This document shows, one piece after another, positions 21,103-30,749 of a stretch of 64,000 bases of DNA (position 1 is its first letter; each line of letters starts with the position of its first letter). The translations under genes were made by a program, and so were the position numbers. The notes beneath the pieces were generated by a model. That model was not told the DNA's origin, ran no database searches, and saw only the letters and a program-made list of their open reading frames with translations. The stretch is from an uncultured archaeon (GTDB lineage Archaea > Thermoproteota > Bathyarchaeia > Bathyarchaeales > Bathycorpusculaceae): positions 32,001-96,000 of the forward strand of contig CAWENF010000002.1 of assembly GCA_963810275.1 (NCBI GenBank). The letters are read 5' to 3'.

Positions 21103-21875
21103 GCTTCCACATACTCCTTAACTTTAGATTCGATATCTTGTGTTAACATTATGCTTGAGCCAATCAGGAAAGCGTCTGCACCGCAGCCCCGCAGAAATTG
21201 CAGATCCGAAACGCTATTGATGCCGCTTTCGGAGACCACGGTTTTGCCGTTTTTGCCGTGCCGCTGCAGAATAGTTTTAGTAGTGTTTAAGTCGATTTTG
21301 AGCGTTGCCAAGTTGCGGTTGTTAATCCCTACCAAGTCCGCTTTGGTCTGGACTGCTTTTAGGTACTCGTTTTCGGTGTGTGCTTCCAAAAGAACTTCTA
21401 ACCCGTAGCCGTGTGCGTTAGCGATTGCGTGGTCAACGTCAACATCGCAGTAGCCTCTGTCAAAAAGCGCTTCAATCAGTAGCACCGCATTAGCGCCTAT
21501 CTTGGAGGCTACCTCTATTTGCTTTTGCACCATAATAATGTCTTTCATAAGGATTGGTAAATTTACGGCTACTCTGGCTTGGCTAAGTGCCTGCAGGGAG
21601 CCGTTGAAGTGCTTGGGTTCGGTGAGCACCGATAAGCTTGCTGCGCCGCCTCTCTGCATCGCCTGCGCTGTGGCCACCACATCCACGGTGTTGCGTATGG
21701 TTCCAGCGGAGGGAGATGCTGCTTTGATTTCCGCAATGATGGCGTTGGCTTTGGCGGTTAGTATCGCTGCTTTTAGGCTGGCTTGGACTTGTTTAACTGT
21801 TCTGTAGTGCCTATAGTATCCGCTCTCAATATTGTCCAAGGCATCCTTTGCGAGTGTATCAAGAAAATCAATCAT
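21099..21875 (-). CDS. trpC: Indole-3-glycerol phosphate synthase
   Basis: [36 protein letters not shown]. Confidence 0.95.
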   Translation of the reverse strand: MIDFLDTLAKDALDNIESGYYRHYRTVKQVQASLKAAILTAKANAIIAEIKAASPSAGTIRNTVDVVATAQAMQRGGAASLSVLTEPKHFNGSLQALSQARVAVNLPILMKDIIMVQKQIEVASKIGANAVLLIEALFDRGYCDVDVDHAIANAHGYGLEVLLEAHTENEYLKAVQTKADLVGINNRNLATLKIDLNTTKTILQRHGKNGKTVVSESGINSVSDLQFLRGCGADAFLIGSSIMLTQDIESKVKEYVEA

Positions 21876-22921
21876 GTTTGCTCAAACTCCTCAAGTTTCT
21901 GCATGTTGCCACCTGACAATTTCACTAAACTTCTTAACTTACTGTAAGCTGCACCGCTGGTGATAGATTTTTGGGCTAATTCTATACCCTCAGCAAACGA
22001 GGAGGCTTTTCCACCGACCAAGATACCAGCAGCGGCGTTAACGAGCACAATGTCAGCTTTTGCATCCGCCTCTATATTGTTTAGAATATTGAATATAGTT
22101 CGGGCGCTCTGCTCAGCAGATGAACACTGCAAATCTGCAATGGTTGCCTTTTTGATGCCGAAATCTTTGGGCGTCATCTCTGAAATTATTACTTCTCCGA
22201 CCTTGAGGTGGGCGACAAACGTTTTTCCTATCGTAGACAATTCATCCAGTCCGTCCTGCCCGTGCACCACCAATGCTTCCTCCGAACCCATCTTCTGTAG
22301 CGTGTGAGCCAGTGGCTCAACTAACTTTGCGTCGTAGACTCCTATAACCTGCGCGGTGGCACCAGCTGGATTTGTGAGAGGACCCAAAACGTTGAAGACT
22401 GTGCGAATACTGATTTCTCTGCGTGTTTCACCCACGTACTTCATGGCAGGGTGAAACGCTGGTGCAAACATGAAGCCAATGCCAACTTGCTCAATGACAC
22501 CTTCAACCGCTAATGAGTCTAAGGCGAGATTGACCCCGAGTTTTTCAAGTACATCTGCACTTCCGCTACTGCTTGTAACTGCCCTGTTACCGTGTTTGGC
22601 GACGGCAACGCCTGCGCCAGCTGTGACGAATGCGGCTGCGGTACTGACATTGAAAGTTTTTAGTCTGTCTCCGCCTGTTCCGCAGGTGTCGATTAGGCGG
22701 CCTTGGATTTTGGGATGAATTTGTTTGCAGTGACTCCTCATAACTTGGGCGAATGCGGCTAATTCTTCCACGGTTTCGCCCTCCATGCGCAAGGCGGTTA
22801 GGAACGCCGCCATCTGTGCATTGGAGGTTTTCCCAGTAATGATTTCCGTCATTATTGTGGTAGATTCAGAGGCGGTTAGGTCGTAGCCTTCCACAAGTTT
22901 CTGGATGCCTTCGCGTATCAA
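21872..22921 (-). CDS. trpD: Anthranilate phosphoribosyltransferase
   Basis: DTCGTGGD, NVST, KHGNR, GSADVLE, LGPLTNP. Confidence 0.96.
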   Translation of the reverse strand: MIREGIQKLVEGYDLTASESTTIMTEIITGKTSNAQMAAFLTALRMEGETVEELAAFAQVMRSHCKQIHPKIQGRLIDTCGTGGDRLKTFNVSTAAAFVTAGAGVAVAKHGNRAVTSSSGSADVLEKLGVNLALDSLAVEGVIEQVGIGFMFAPAFHPAMKYVGETRREISIRTVFNVLGPLTNPAGATAQVIGVYDAKLVEPLAHTLQKMGSEEALVVHGQDGLDELSTIGKTFVAHLKVGEVIISEMTPKDFGIKKATIADLQCSSAEQSARTIFNILNNIEADAKADIVLVNAAAGILVGGKASSFAEGIELAQKSITSGAAYSKLRSLVKLSGGNMQKLEEFEQT

Positions 22922-23502
22922 GGTTTATCCTCCAAAAAGTTTCTGATTATCACTTTGCCATCTTCACATAAGATAGATTCAGGGTGAAACTGTACACCGT
23001 AAATTGGGTATTTCTTGTGTCGCACACCCATGATTTCACCGTCGTCAGCCGCTTCAGCCACTACTTGGAGGCAGTCGGGTATTGAGGCTTTTTCGCCTGC
23101 CAAAGAGTGGTAGCGTGTAGCATTGAAGGGTTCACGTACACCTTTGAATAAGCCTTCTTTATTGTGGCGAATCGTGCAGGTTTTACCGTGCATCAGTTTT
23201 TTAGCGTGAACAACTTTGCCCCCATAGCAGTAGATTATACCCTGATGCCCCAGACAGACACCCAACGTGGGAATCGATGGGCTCAACTTTTGAAGTATGG
23301 CTTTGCAGACACCGAAAAACTTGTCGTCTTCGGGGTTTCCCGGTCCGGGGGAGATGACGATGCGATCAGGTTTGAGTTTAGCGGCTTCCTGCAGGGTGAT
23401 TTGGTCGTTTCGGTACACCACCACTTCTGCGCCTTGCTCGCCGATATACTGAACGAGGTTGTAGACGAAGCTATCATAGTTGTCGATTACCAAGACTTTC
23501 AC
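22918..23502 (-). CDS. trpG: Anthranilate synthase component II
   Basis: IDNYDSFVYN, SPGPG, GVCLGHQ, QFHPES; the GTG start overlaps the trpE stop. Confidence 0.95.
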   Translation of the reverse strand: MKVLVIDNYDSFVYNLVQYIGEQGAEVVVYRNDQITLQEAAKLKPDRIVISPGPGNPEDDKFFGVCKAILQKLSPSIPTLGVCLGHQGIIYCYGGKVVHAKKLMHGKTCTIRHNKEGLFKGVREPFNATRYHSLAGEKASIPDCLQVVAEAADDGEIMGVRHKKYPIYGVQFHPESILCEDGKVIIRNFLEDKP

Positions 23503-24950
23503 TGTGTTTTGCCTCCTGCAGCGTGTTCGAGAGCTTTCATGAGTGCTTTTGCTTTGAACTCTGTTTCTATCCACTCCTTAGCTGGGTCAGAATCCGCGAC
23601 TATGCCTGCGCCTGCCTGAATGTAGGCTTGATTGCCCTCAGCAAAAAGTGTGCGGATTGTGATGGCGAAGTCTGCGTTTCCGTTGCAGCTGAAGTAGCCC
23701 ACGGCGCCAGCGTAAGGCCCTCGCCTTGATGGTTCGAGTTCGTCGATGATTTCCATTGCCCGCACTTTGGGTGCGCCTGAGACTGTTCCTGCTGGGAAGA
23801 CCGCTTGGAGGGCGTCGAAGCTTTCCAAACCGTCATATAAGTCGCCTACGACTTGCGAGACGATGTGCTGGACGTGGCTGAACTGGTGAATCTGCATAAA
23901 CTCAGGCACACAGACGCTGCCGTACTTGCTGATTCGCCCGATGTCGTTTCGGGCCAAATCAACCAACATTACATGTTCAGCACGCTCTTTTGTGTCGGCT
24001 AAGAGCTGTTTGCCTAAACGGGCGTTCTCTTCGTCGTCAGCAGTGTAGGGTACTGTGCCGGCGATTGGAAAAGTGATAACTTTGCGTTTATCAACTCTAA
24101 CCAGCATCTCGGGGCTGGCGCCCACGATTTGTCGGTTTCCCGACTTGTAGTAGAACATGTATGGTGAAGGGTTAATTTGGCGAAGGGATTGGTAGAATTT
24201 TAGCAAACTGCCACCGTATTTAAACTCGAAGCGTTTGGAGAGGACAACTTGGAAGATGTCACCTGAAGTTACGTACTGTTTGGCTTTTTCAACGGCTGCC
24301 TTAAACTGTTCTTTGGGTGTGTTGCTTAAGGGTTCGGTGTAAGAGAATTCTTGTTGTTCCTTTGCGGGTTCTGATAGCAACGCTTCGATTTCGTCTAAAC
24401 GGTTATTGCCCCTGAAATAGTAGTATGCAAGGTCGTTTTTGCTGTCAAAAATTATACCATCTTCAAAAATGCCCATCTCCAGGTCTGGAAACCCCAGTGG
24501 GTCAGGTTTTTGGTTAGGCAACTTTTCGATGTAGTGGATAGTGTCGTAGCTTATGTATCCCAAGGCGCCTCCGACGAAGCGGAAATCAACCATGTCGTTG
24601 TTGTATGGTTTGAGAAGTTGCTGTATAACTTTGAAGGGGTTGTCGGTTTGCTGTGTTGTGGCTTTATCGGTTTGGTTGTCGGTGATTGTGACGGAGCCGT
24701 TTTTGGCGGTTATGGTAATCTTTGGGTCAAAGCCTAAAAAGCTGTATTGTGCGAGTTTTTGGGGTCCTTCGATGGATTCAAGGAGGTACGCTGTTTGATA
24801 TTTTTGATGGATTTTACTGAATACTTGTATTGGGTGGTTGGCTTGTGTGAATTTGACGTAGTTGAGTTTGGCTACGTTTATGTTTTGCTGTTGGCTGCTG
24901 CCAAAGGCGATTCCCCATTTAAATTGTGCTCCTGTATGGTTCAGATCCAT
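23499..24950 (-). CDS. trpE: Anthranilate synthase component I (start uncertain)
   Basis: LLES, GDIFQVVLS, NPSPYM, KERAEHVMLVDLARND, PAGTVSGAPK. Confidence 0.95.
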   Translation of the reverse strand: MDLNHTGAQFKWGIAFGSSQQQNINVAKLNYVKFTQANHPIQVFSKIHQKYQTAYLLESIEGPQKLAQYSFLGFDPKITITAKNGSVTITDNQTDKATTQQTDNPFKVIQQLLKPYNNDMVDFRFVGGALGYISYDTIHYIEKLPNQKPDPLGFPDLEMGIFEDGIIFDSKNDLAYYYFRGNNRLDEIEALLSEPAKEQQEFSYTEPLSNTPKEQFKAAVEKAKQYVTSGDIFQVVLSKRFEFKYGGSLLKFYQSLRQINPSPYMFYYKSGNRQIVGASPEMLVRVDKRKVITFPIAGTVPYTADDEENARLGKQLLADTKERAEHVMLVDLARNDIGRISKYGSVCVPEFMQIHQFSHVQHIVSQVVGDLYDGLESFDALQAVFPAGTVSGAPKVRAMEIIDELEPSRRGPYAGAVGYFSCNGNADFAITIRTLFAEGNQAYIQAGAGIVADSDPAKEWIETEFKAKALMKALEHAAGGKTQ

Positions 24951-24977
24951 ACAGCAAAGCATTATTTAAGGCTTATT

Positions 24978-24993
24978 TGTACATAAATGTACA
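24978..24993. promoter_or_regulatory. Paired TRP boxes TGTACA-TAAA-TGTACA upstream of the trp operon
   Basis: Two perfect TGTACA hexamers 4 bp apart, just upstream of TATA-like TTAAATA (24963-24969, minus strand). Confidence 0.75.
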
Positions 24994-25006
24994 TGAGTTG
25001 AGTTAT

Positions 25007-26056
25007 TTAACCGCAGCCTAGCCGTTCTGGTTCAAAACGGCGAACAAACCGCGCCATTAAAAACTGGACACTTGATTGTGGAATCTCCCGCCGATGCCGC
25101 CAAACATAATACCCCAGAACCACAACCATTGCAACACCCGAAGCAGTCACAAGCCCCAAAACAGTCAAATCATTTACGGTGCCAGAGCCAGTTCCTCCCT
25201 GAACTGGAGCAAAATTGGGGTAGCCTCGGCTCTCCCAGTAGCCCTGATAAGTGGTGTCGTTGGAAACGTTGATTTCTGTTATCCACTCCACCCACTTGTA
25301 TCCATATTGGTTTGTGGCAACCAAAAAGAAGGGCCAGCCAAGCTGTGGGGTGAGGGTGATGTTGTTCATTTTGTAAGCAATCATCAAGTTATTGTCTTTT
25401 ATGTATTCAAGCGGCAGTGAAGATGAGTAGCCGTCAGCGGCTATGAAGATGATTGTGTTAGCTTCGGAGCTAATGCCATAGTGATTAAGCAAGTCAACGA
25501 TGGGAACGCCTTCCCACAGCATAGTCACGCTCCAGCCCTCCACGCAGGGCAATGTCGCTACCTCCAACTTTGAAGGGAACCCATCCACGACTTCACTGTA
25601 GGTAACAGGTTGGGGTAAATCAACCATACCTGTGATGTCTAAACGATAATTGGATTGGTCAATGTTTTGGACACCCTTAATGGCTACATCAGGATGAGTG
25701 TATAGATACTGAATATAAACTGATATTGGAGTTAAAATCATACCCGAATACTCACTTATTTCATTTGTCATATAATCGCCCGAAGGTGGAGAAGTTGGGC
25801 TCACAAAGCCACCAGATGAAGGCGTTGGGGTAGGCGAAACAGGCATCGGTAGAGTGGGAGTTGGAGTTGTCTGATCTGGCGAGGGCGACGCTGTAGCTGT
25901 CGGGGACGACATAGGTGTAGGTGATGTAAGGTTGTCTCCAGAATCAGCAGGTGAGCTCGGGAAGAAAACAAAAATCACTGCTAAAACGATTAAAAACGCC
26001 ACGATCAAAATGGATATCAAAGCTAAAGCTTTGTGTTGCTTAATTGGTTGCATCAA
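25007..26056 (-). CDS. Molybdopterin-dependent oxidoreductase (sulfite oxidase/MsrP-like) with N- and C-terminal TM helices
   Basis: LPCVEGWS, WEGVP, GYSSSLP, YGYKWVEWI, GYWESRGY; Pro/Thr-rich linker. Confidence 0.85.
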   Translation of the reverse strand: MMQPIKQHKALALISILIVAFLIVLAVIFVFFPSSPADSGDNLTSPTPMSSPTATASPSPDQTTPTPTLPMPVSPTPTPSSGGFVSPTSPPSGDYMTNEISEYSGMILTPISVYIQYLYTHPDVAIKGVQNIDQSNYRLDITGMVDLPQPVTYSEVVDGFPSKLEVATLPCVEGWSVTMLWEGVPIVDLLNHYGISSEANTIIFIAADGYSSSLPLEYIKDNNLMIAYKMNNITLTPQLGWPFFLVATNQYGYKWVEWITEINVSNDTTYQGYWESRGYPNFAPVQGGTGSGTVNDLTVLGLVTASGVAMVVVLGYYVWRHRREIPQSSVQFLMARFVRRFEPERLGCG

Positions 26057-26132
26057 GTCTAGCTAGATAATACTGGTATTTATGATTGCCGAAAAACACC
26101 ATCAAAAAAAGAGCAGCCCAACTTTTGAAGAT

Positions 26133-26453
26133 TTATGGTAGGTTATCTGTCAGCCAAGTTAAGTATTCCTTTGAGATCTCCACGATGGGTAAAGCTATGA
26201 TTTCGGGCACCTCGTAGCTGTGCAACTCCTTCACCTTCTGTGAAATCTCGCCAAAAAGGCTACGCCGCGTCTTCATCAGAACTAAGCTTTCGTTAGCGGT
26301 TTCGATTTTGCTCTGCCAGACAAAACATGACGCCACCCCACGTATAATGTTAGCACACGCAATCAAACGCATCTCCAACAGGGTTTGGCTGATTTTTTCT
26401 GCTTCCGCATTATCTTTAGTAGTGACTAATACCACGATAAAATCTTCAGGCAC
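26133..26453 (-). CDS. cutA: Divalent-cation tolerance protein CutA
   Basis: LIACANI, ESLVLMKT, HSYEVPEIIALP, YLTWL. Confidence 0.93.
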   Translation of the reverse strand: MPEDFIVVLVTTKDNAEAEKISQTLLEMRLIACANIIRGVASCFVWQSKIETANESLVLMKTRRSLFGEISQKVKELHSYEVPEIIALPIVEISKEYLTWLTDNLP

Positions 26454-26558
26454 ATGAACCACAGATCTAGTTTTAGGAGTTAGAGGGCTAAATAACTTCC
26501 CATTAATCAGGAAACAGGCATTAACACATTTAAATCCCAAACCACCTATGTATGTGCG

Positions 26559-27074
26559 GTGAGGCGACTCTACTTGAAGGAGACACAAATTAAAGTCTTA
26601 AAAACAATGCATGAAGCCACAGGGCGCATGGACATAAACGTTTTTTCGCAGGCAGTAGGTTTAACTCCAGAGCAGGCGGTTGAGCAGGTGCATTGGCTGG
26701 CAGATTTGGGTTTTCTAAAAAAGGTAGGGTCAGGGTACTGCTTAACTGACAAGGGCAAAAACGCCTTTAAAATCGAAGTACAAGCGCCACCTGAAAAAAC
26801 ATTCACCTTCTACGAAGGACTCGACCAACCATTAGGAGTAAGCGCTCGCTCCATCGAAGAGTTTTACCTCGGAATAAAAACGGTTTCATGGGACGCCCTT
26901 GACTTTCACTTATACCGAGGCGACTTCGAGAAGTGGATTGAGGAAGTCTGGCAAGATAAAGAATTAGCCTCCGAAATAGACGAGTTAGAAGGCTACGGCT
27001 TGAACGAAGAGGACCTACGCAAAGCGCTCCTAAAAGCCATCGACAACCGCTACGGCGTTGGCGACCTACTTTAA
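26559..27074 (+). CDS. Winged-helix + DUF5752-like domain protein
   Basis: N-terminal wHTH (YCLTDKG); FTFY...ARSIEEF...FHLYRGDFEKWI. Confidence 0.7.
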   Translation: MRRLYLKETQIKVLKTMHEATGRMDINVFSQAVGLTPEQAVEQVHWLADLGFLKKVGSGYCLTDKGKNAFKIEVQAPPEKTFTFYEGLDQPLGVSARSIEEFYLGIKTVSWDALDFHLYRGDFEKWIEEVWQDKELASEIDELEGYGLNEEDLRKALLKAIDNRYGVGDLL

Positions 27075-27523
27075 GGCTCGTAGAGGTTTTTCCACCATAC
27101 AGGCGTTTTAGCGTCGGGCGCAGCATCCCAAGGGTCATAAGGCTTAATATCCAAAACAGGCGTGCCATCGTAAGCGTCTAAACCTCGCACAGTCAACACG
27201 TTACCTTCGACTTTTAATAATTCGACAAGGGTTAATCCGATGGGGTTGGGGCGGTAAGGCGTTCTGGTTCCAAAGATGCCGGTGAGTGGCAAGTCGGTTC
27301 TGCTTCGGGGGTGCACTTTGGGCGGCAGGGTTTCGGTTTTTATTAAGTTTAGGTGGAAGAGCACGAATATGTGGCTGAATTCTGAGACGCCACTTAGAGC
27401 TTCGGCGAGTTCAGGTTTTAGGACGAGTTGTGAGATGACATTTTCATCTCTCACTTTGTTGCCGACGGCCTCTGTTTTGACGGCGCCGATAGGGGTGAAG
27501 CAGATTTTTCCATCAGAATCCAT
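27071..27523 (-). CDS. trmO: tRNA (t6A37-N6)-methyltransferase TrmO/TsaA family
   Basis: PIG, FSHI, GIFGTRTPYRPNPIGLT, GLDAYDGTPVLDIKPY. Confidence 0.92.
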   Translation of the reverse strand: MDSDGKICFTPIGAVKTEAVGNKVRDENVISQLVLKPELAEALSGVSEFSHIFVLFHLNLIKTETLPPKVHPRSRTDLPLTGIFGTRTPYRPNPIGLTLVELLKVEGNVLTVRGLDAYDGTPVLDIKPYDPWDAAPDAKTPVWWKNLYEP

Positions 27524-28064
27524 GGTGGTTCAACATGAAGGGGAAGGTCTGTGAGGGTATTTAAGGCTTCAATAGCCTGAGAATTACAGTTGTTTACAAA
27601 TACAGTTAAGCATTCAGCATCCAAGTATACTAAGTAATGGTCCTTGGCCCATAAGTGCATCACATACATATGCTCCGCCGCGGGTTTAGCCAGTTGTTTT
27701 AGGTTACTTTTTGGTGCAGGTTCATGAGAAACAAAACTTTAACTACATTATAGGCATCAGGGCTGCGTGCCAATAGCGTTTTAGGCTTAAAAGTAATAAT
27801 CATCAACCAGTTCACTCTCTTAGACGACATGAAATATTTCACACAAAAAAGAGATTTCTCACTGCCGCTTAGCTGAGCAAATAGAAATTACCTTCTAAGC
27901 CATCACATAGCAAATGAAACTCGTGAAACCTCCAATTACACCTAAACGTCAAAAGCGGAGCAAAAACCTGCTATAGCCTCAACCCAACAAACACCGAAAG
28001 CTTCAAAGATGCCTTGCCTCCATACAGCAGTAGCTCTATAAACACGGCCTAACCCTTCTTAACT

Positions 28065-28712
28065 ATGCCCAAAGTCTACCTTTTAGGCGGAGAAAACGTG
28101 ACCCTCAGAAGCGCCAGAGAAATCAACCTCACCGCCTTAGAAGACGCCGCCCCCCATCCAAGGTTGCTGGTTTTCACTTGGGCACGCCCATCCTTTGACA
28201 GACGGTTTGACAAGCGCAGGCTCTTTTCGGACTACATGAGGAACCTTGGAGCAAGAGAAGTGAGGTTTGTGGAGTATGGGGAAGAGGAGGATTTGGCGAA
28301 GCGACTTTTGGGGGCTGATCTGATTTACTTCACGGGCGGTCAGGCGAGCGTGTTAGTTGAGCGGGCAGAAAATGCTGGTTTGGGTAAGCTGCTTGATAGT
28401 TTCTGTGGCGTCATAGTTGGGAGGAGCGCTGGGGCACTTGCTTTGTGCAACCGCTGTGTCACGACAATTCGCGAGAACAAGCAGGTGCGGGTGGTGAAAG
28501 GCTTAGGCTTGGTAAATATCACGTTAAAAGCTCATTATACCTCCGAGAAGGACACGGCGTTGGAACAATTCTCGCGGAAGGAACCGATTTTTGCGGTGCC
28601 AAAAGACTCCGCACTCGTATGCGGCAGCGGCGAGTTAAAGGCTATCGGAAAAGTCTACCTTTTCCAAAATGGGCAACGCAGAGGCTTCACGCAGGGTGTC
28701 TATGAGAAGTAG
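28065..28712 (+). CDS. Peptidase S51 (dipeptidase E/cyanophycinase-like)
   Basis: LLGGE, DLIYFTGGQ, GRSAGA nucleophile motif, GLGLV...HY. Confidence 0.8.
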   Translation: MPKVYLLGGENVTLRSAREINLTALEDAAPHPRLLVFTWARPSFDRRFDKRRLFSDYMRNLGAREVRFVEYGEEEDLAKRLLGADLIYFTGGQASVLVERAENAGLGKLLDSFCGVIVGRSAGALALCNRCVTTIRENKQVRVVKGLGLVNITLKAHYTSEKDTALEQFSRKEPIFAVPKDSALVCGSGELKAIGKVYLFQNGQRRGFTQGVYEK

Positions 28713-28863
28713 CTTCGAACATAAATTTTGGATTTAGCAATGTATGGACTGGACTCAGTGCAACAGTGAGCACGGTGCCCAGTGTGGCGAGCACTATAAT
28801 GTCACCGAATACCCAACCAAAAAATTCTGTGACAAAAAAGCCTCTAAATCAAGAAAAAATGAA

Positions 28864-29082
28864 TTAGCCGTGTTTAGCGATGGCTGCTGTAATCGCCGCT
28901 CCAATTATGAGCATGATTAGAGCTGCACCCAATACAAGAAGCGGAATCTTAAAGACAGCTTCGGAGTGCAACACCGCCGTTGTTGGCAAACCGCCAAGGT
29001 AAGCTACAAGAAAAAACGCTGTGAAAACTGCGCCAACTGCTTCAATTACGTAGAGAAACGTGGTTAAGCGATTTTTGGCCAT
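28864..29082 (-). CDS. Small 2-TM membrane protein
   Basis: Two long hydrophobic stretches. Confidence 0.65.
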   Translation of the reverse strand: MAKNRLTTFLYVIEAVGAVFTAFFLVAYLGGLPTTAVLHSEAVFKIPLLVLGAALIMLIIGAAITAAIAKHG

Positions 29083-29227
29083 CTCCAAACTTTGTAACCC
29101 TTCTGCATTATTGGATTTGCAGGTTTTAGTATTTAATATTAACCGTCAAAATAGATCAGGGTACAGTCTGGTTACCACAAGCATAATATACAGTTTACCT
29201 CAAAGTAATTTTGTCGGCGGCGTAACT

Positions 29228-30151
29228 TTGGAGCAAAAAAGTCTTACCCCACTAAAAGTAGGCGTAGCCACAGCAGCAACTGCATATTTCCTTTTCACGC
29301 TTCACGCAATGTTCACGTTAGGCTGGATAGGAGAATGGGAAGGTTTACCGCCACCAATGGACTTCTGGATTTTCATAACTGATATCTCAGCAGGCATTTT
29401 TCTTGTTTTCCGCTTCATTGCAGGCATACTCGCCTTCACAGCCGTAGCTCTATACTTCACAAAAGGCTTATCTCAAAACACACTATACAAGTGGATAAGG
29501 GCAATTCTGGTTTTGGAAGCGCTCTACTGGATTGGCCTTTTACCGTCTGGAATCTGGGGTATCCTTTTTGGGGTAATGCCATACGGAACTTCGTTGCTTA
29601 TAACAACTGGAATACCATGTATGTTCTGCTCAGTAGCCATCCCTATATCCCTCTTCATGATAGCAGCTAAACTTAAACCCGAAAGGCCAGCACCGACAAA
29701 GTTGGTTTGGATTGCAGGCTTATTCTATATAATTGACTTTTGGTTAGTCAACATGGGCACATGGATCAACGTTGCATTCTTTTCAGGTAAAAGCGCAGAT
29801 TACCTTATCATCAACCCAGAGTATCTTTTCAGCTTCATCCTAACCATAGCAGGTTTGCTGTCACTTGCAATCTACACAGGTTATGCTGCAGTAAAATCGA
29901 AATGGCAACTAAAAACATGGCCAGCAGGAGTAATCCTTACCTCGCTTGGATTATATTACCTTTGGAACTATATGGCGTGGATTTTCTTTGGCGGTTGGAA
30001 CGACTGGTACGCATGGTTCCTTGGGCATAACCTTGACCTGTGGTTGCTGACACTTCCGCTGATTGGGTTGCCGCTGCTGTTCCAAAGCCAAAAGCAGCCT
30101 GCCCCAGAAGAACCTCCTTCGCCATTCGGCTCATTTGTAGCCACCGCCTAA
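29228..30151 (+). CDS. Polytopic membrane protein of unknown function
   Basis: About 8 hydrophobic segments, Trp-rich. Confidence 0.75.
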   Translation: MEQKSLTPLKVGVATAATAYFLFTLHAMFTLGWIGEWEGLPPPMDFWIFITDISAGIFLVFRFIAGILAFTAVALYFTKGLSQNTLYKWIRAILVLEALYWIGLLPSGIWGILFGVMPYGTSLLITTGIPCMFCSVAIPISLFMIAAKLKPERPAPTKLVWIAGLFYIIDFWLVNMGTWINVAFFSGKSADYLIINPEYLFSFILTIAGLLSLAIYTGYAAVKSKWQLKTWPAGVILTSLGLYYLWNYMAWIFFGGWNDWYAWFLGHNLDLWLLTLPLIGLPLLFQSQKQPAPEEPPSPFGSFVATA

Positions 30152-30240
30152 CCGCACAGTTGTTGTACACGTATGCCTCCGCATGTGATGACCACAAACA
30201 TAAAATTGTCAAACAGGCAAAGATGAAGGCGGTAAACACT

Positions 30241-30738
30241 ATGCCACAGTTTGCATTAAACTCAAACAGGATTGACCCTTACAAGAATTTTAGGTTTCGA
30301 GTGAAATGGGATGGAAAAGTGGTTGCGGGAGTCTCCAAGATGAGTCCACTTAAACGCACCACTGAAGTTATCACACACCGGGAAGGCGGCGATATAAATG
30401 TAGACCGCAAATCCCCCGGCAGAACCACGTTTGCACCTATCGTATTTGAGCGCGGCGTGACGCACGATCCCGAGTTTGAAGCTTGGGCAAACCTCGCTTT
30501 CAACAAAAGCTCGGAGTCGATGTCGCTTAGGAACTTCCGCAAAAATATAATCATCGAGTTGCTAAACGAAGCGGGCGCGGTTGCTATCGTCTATAAGGTT
30601 TACCGATGCTGGGTTAGCGAGTATAGTGCCCTGCCCGAGTTGAATGCAGGCGCAAACGCTGTAGCTATTCAGAGTATAACGATTGAGAATGAGGGTTGGG
30701 AGCGAGATACCTCTGTGGCTGAACCCCAAGAGACTTAG
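30241..30738 (+). CDS. Phage tail tube protein, T4 gp19 family (eCIS Afp1/Afp5-like)
   Basis: RIDPYKNFRFRV, HREGG, SPGRTTFAPIVFERGVT..FEAW, RKNIIIELLNEAG, CWVSEY, LNA..NAVAIQSITIENEGWERD. Confidence 0.9.
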   Translation: MPQFALNSNRIDPYKNFRFRVKWDGKVVAGVSKMSPLKRTTEVITHREGGDINVDRKSPGRTTFAPIVFERGVTHDPEFEAWANLAFNKSSESMSLRNFRKNIIIELLNEAGAVAIVYKVYRCWVSEYSALPELNAGANAVAIQSITIENEGWERDTSVAEPQET

Positions 30739-30749
30739 GGGAGACCTAA

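Noticed and set aside
19164-24986. Numerous antisense ORFs over the trp operon (similar shadows occur over other genes)
   Set aside because: Shadow frames of well-supported genes.
27530-28060. Long intergenic region with a 72-aa ORF call
   Set aside because: No recognisable motif, repeat or structure; the ORF overlaps the trmO start.
30040-30240. 67-aa N-terminal extension of the tube protein in the ORF track
   Set aside because: It overlaps the upstream gene; family homology begins at ATG 30241.
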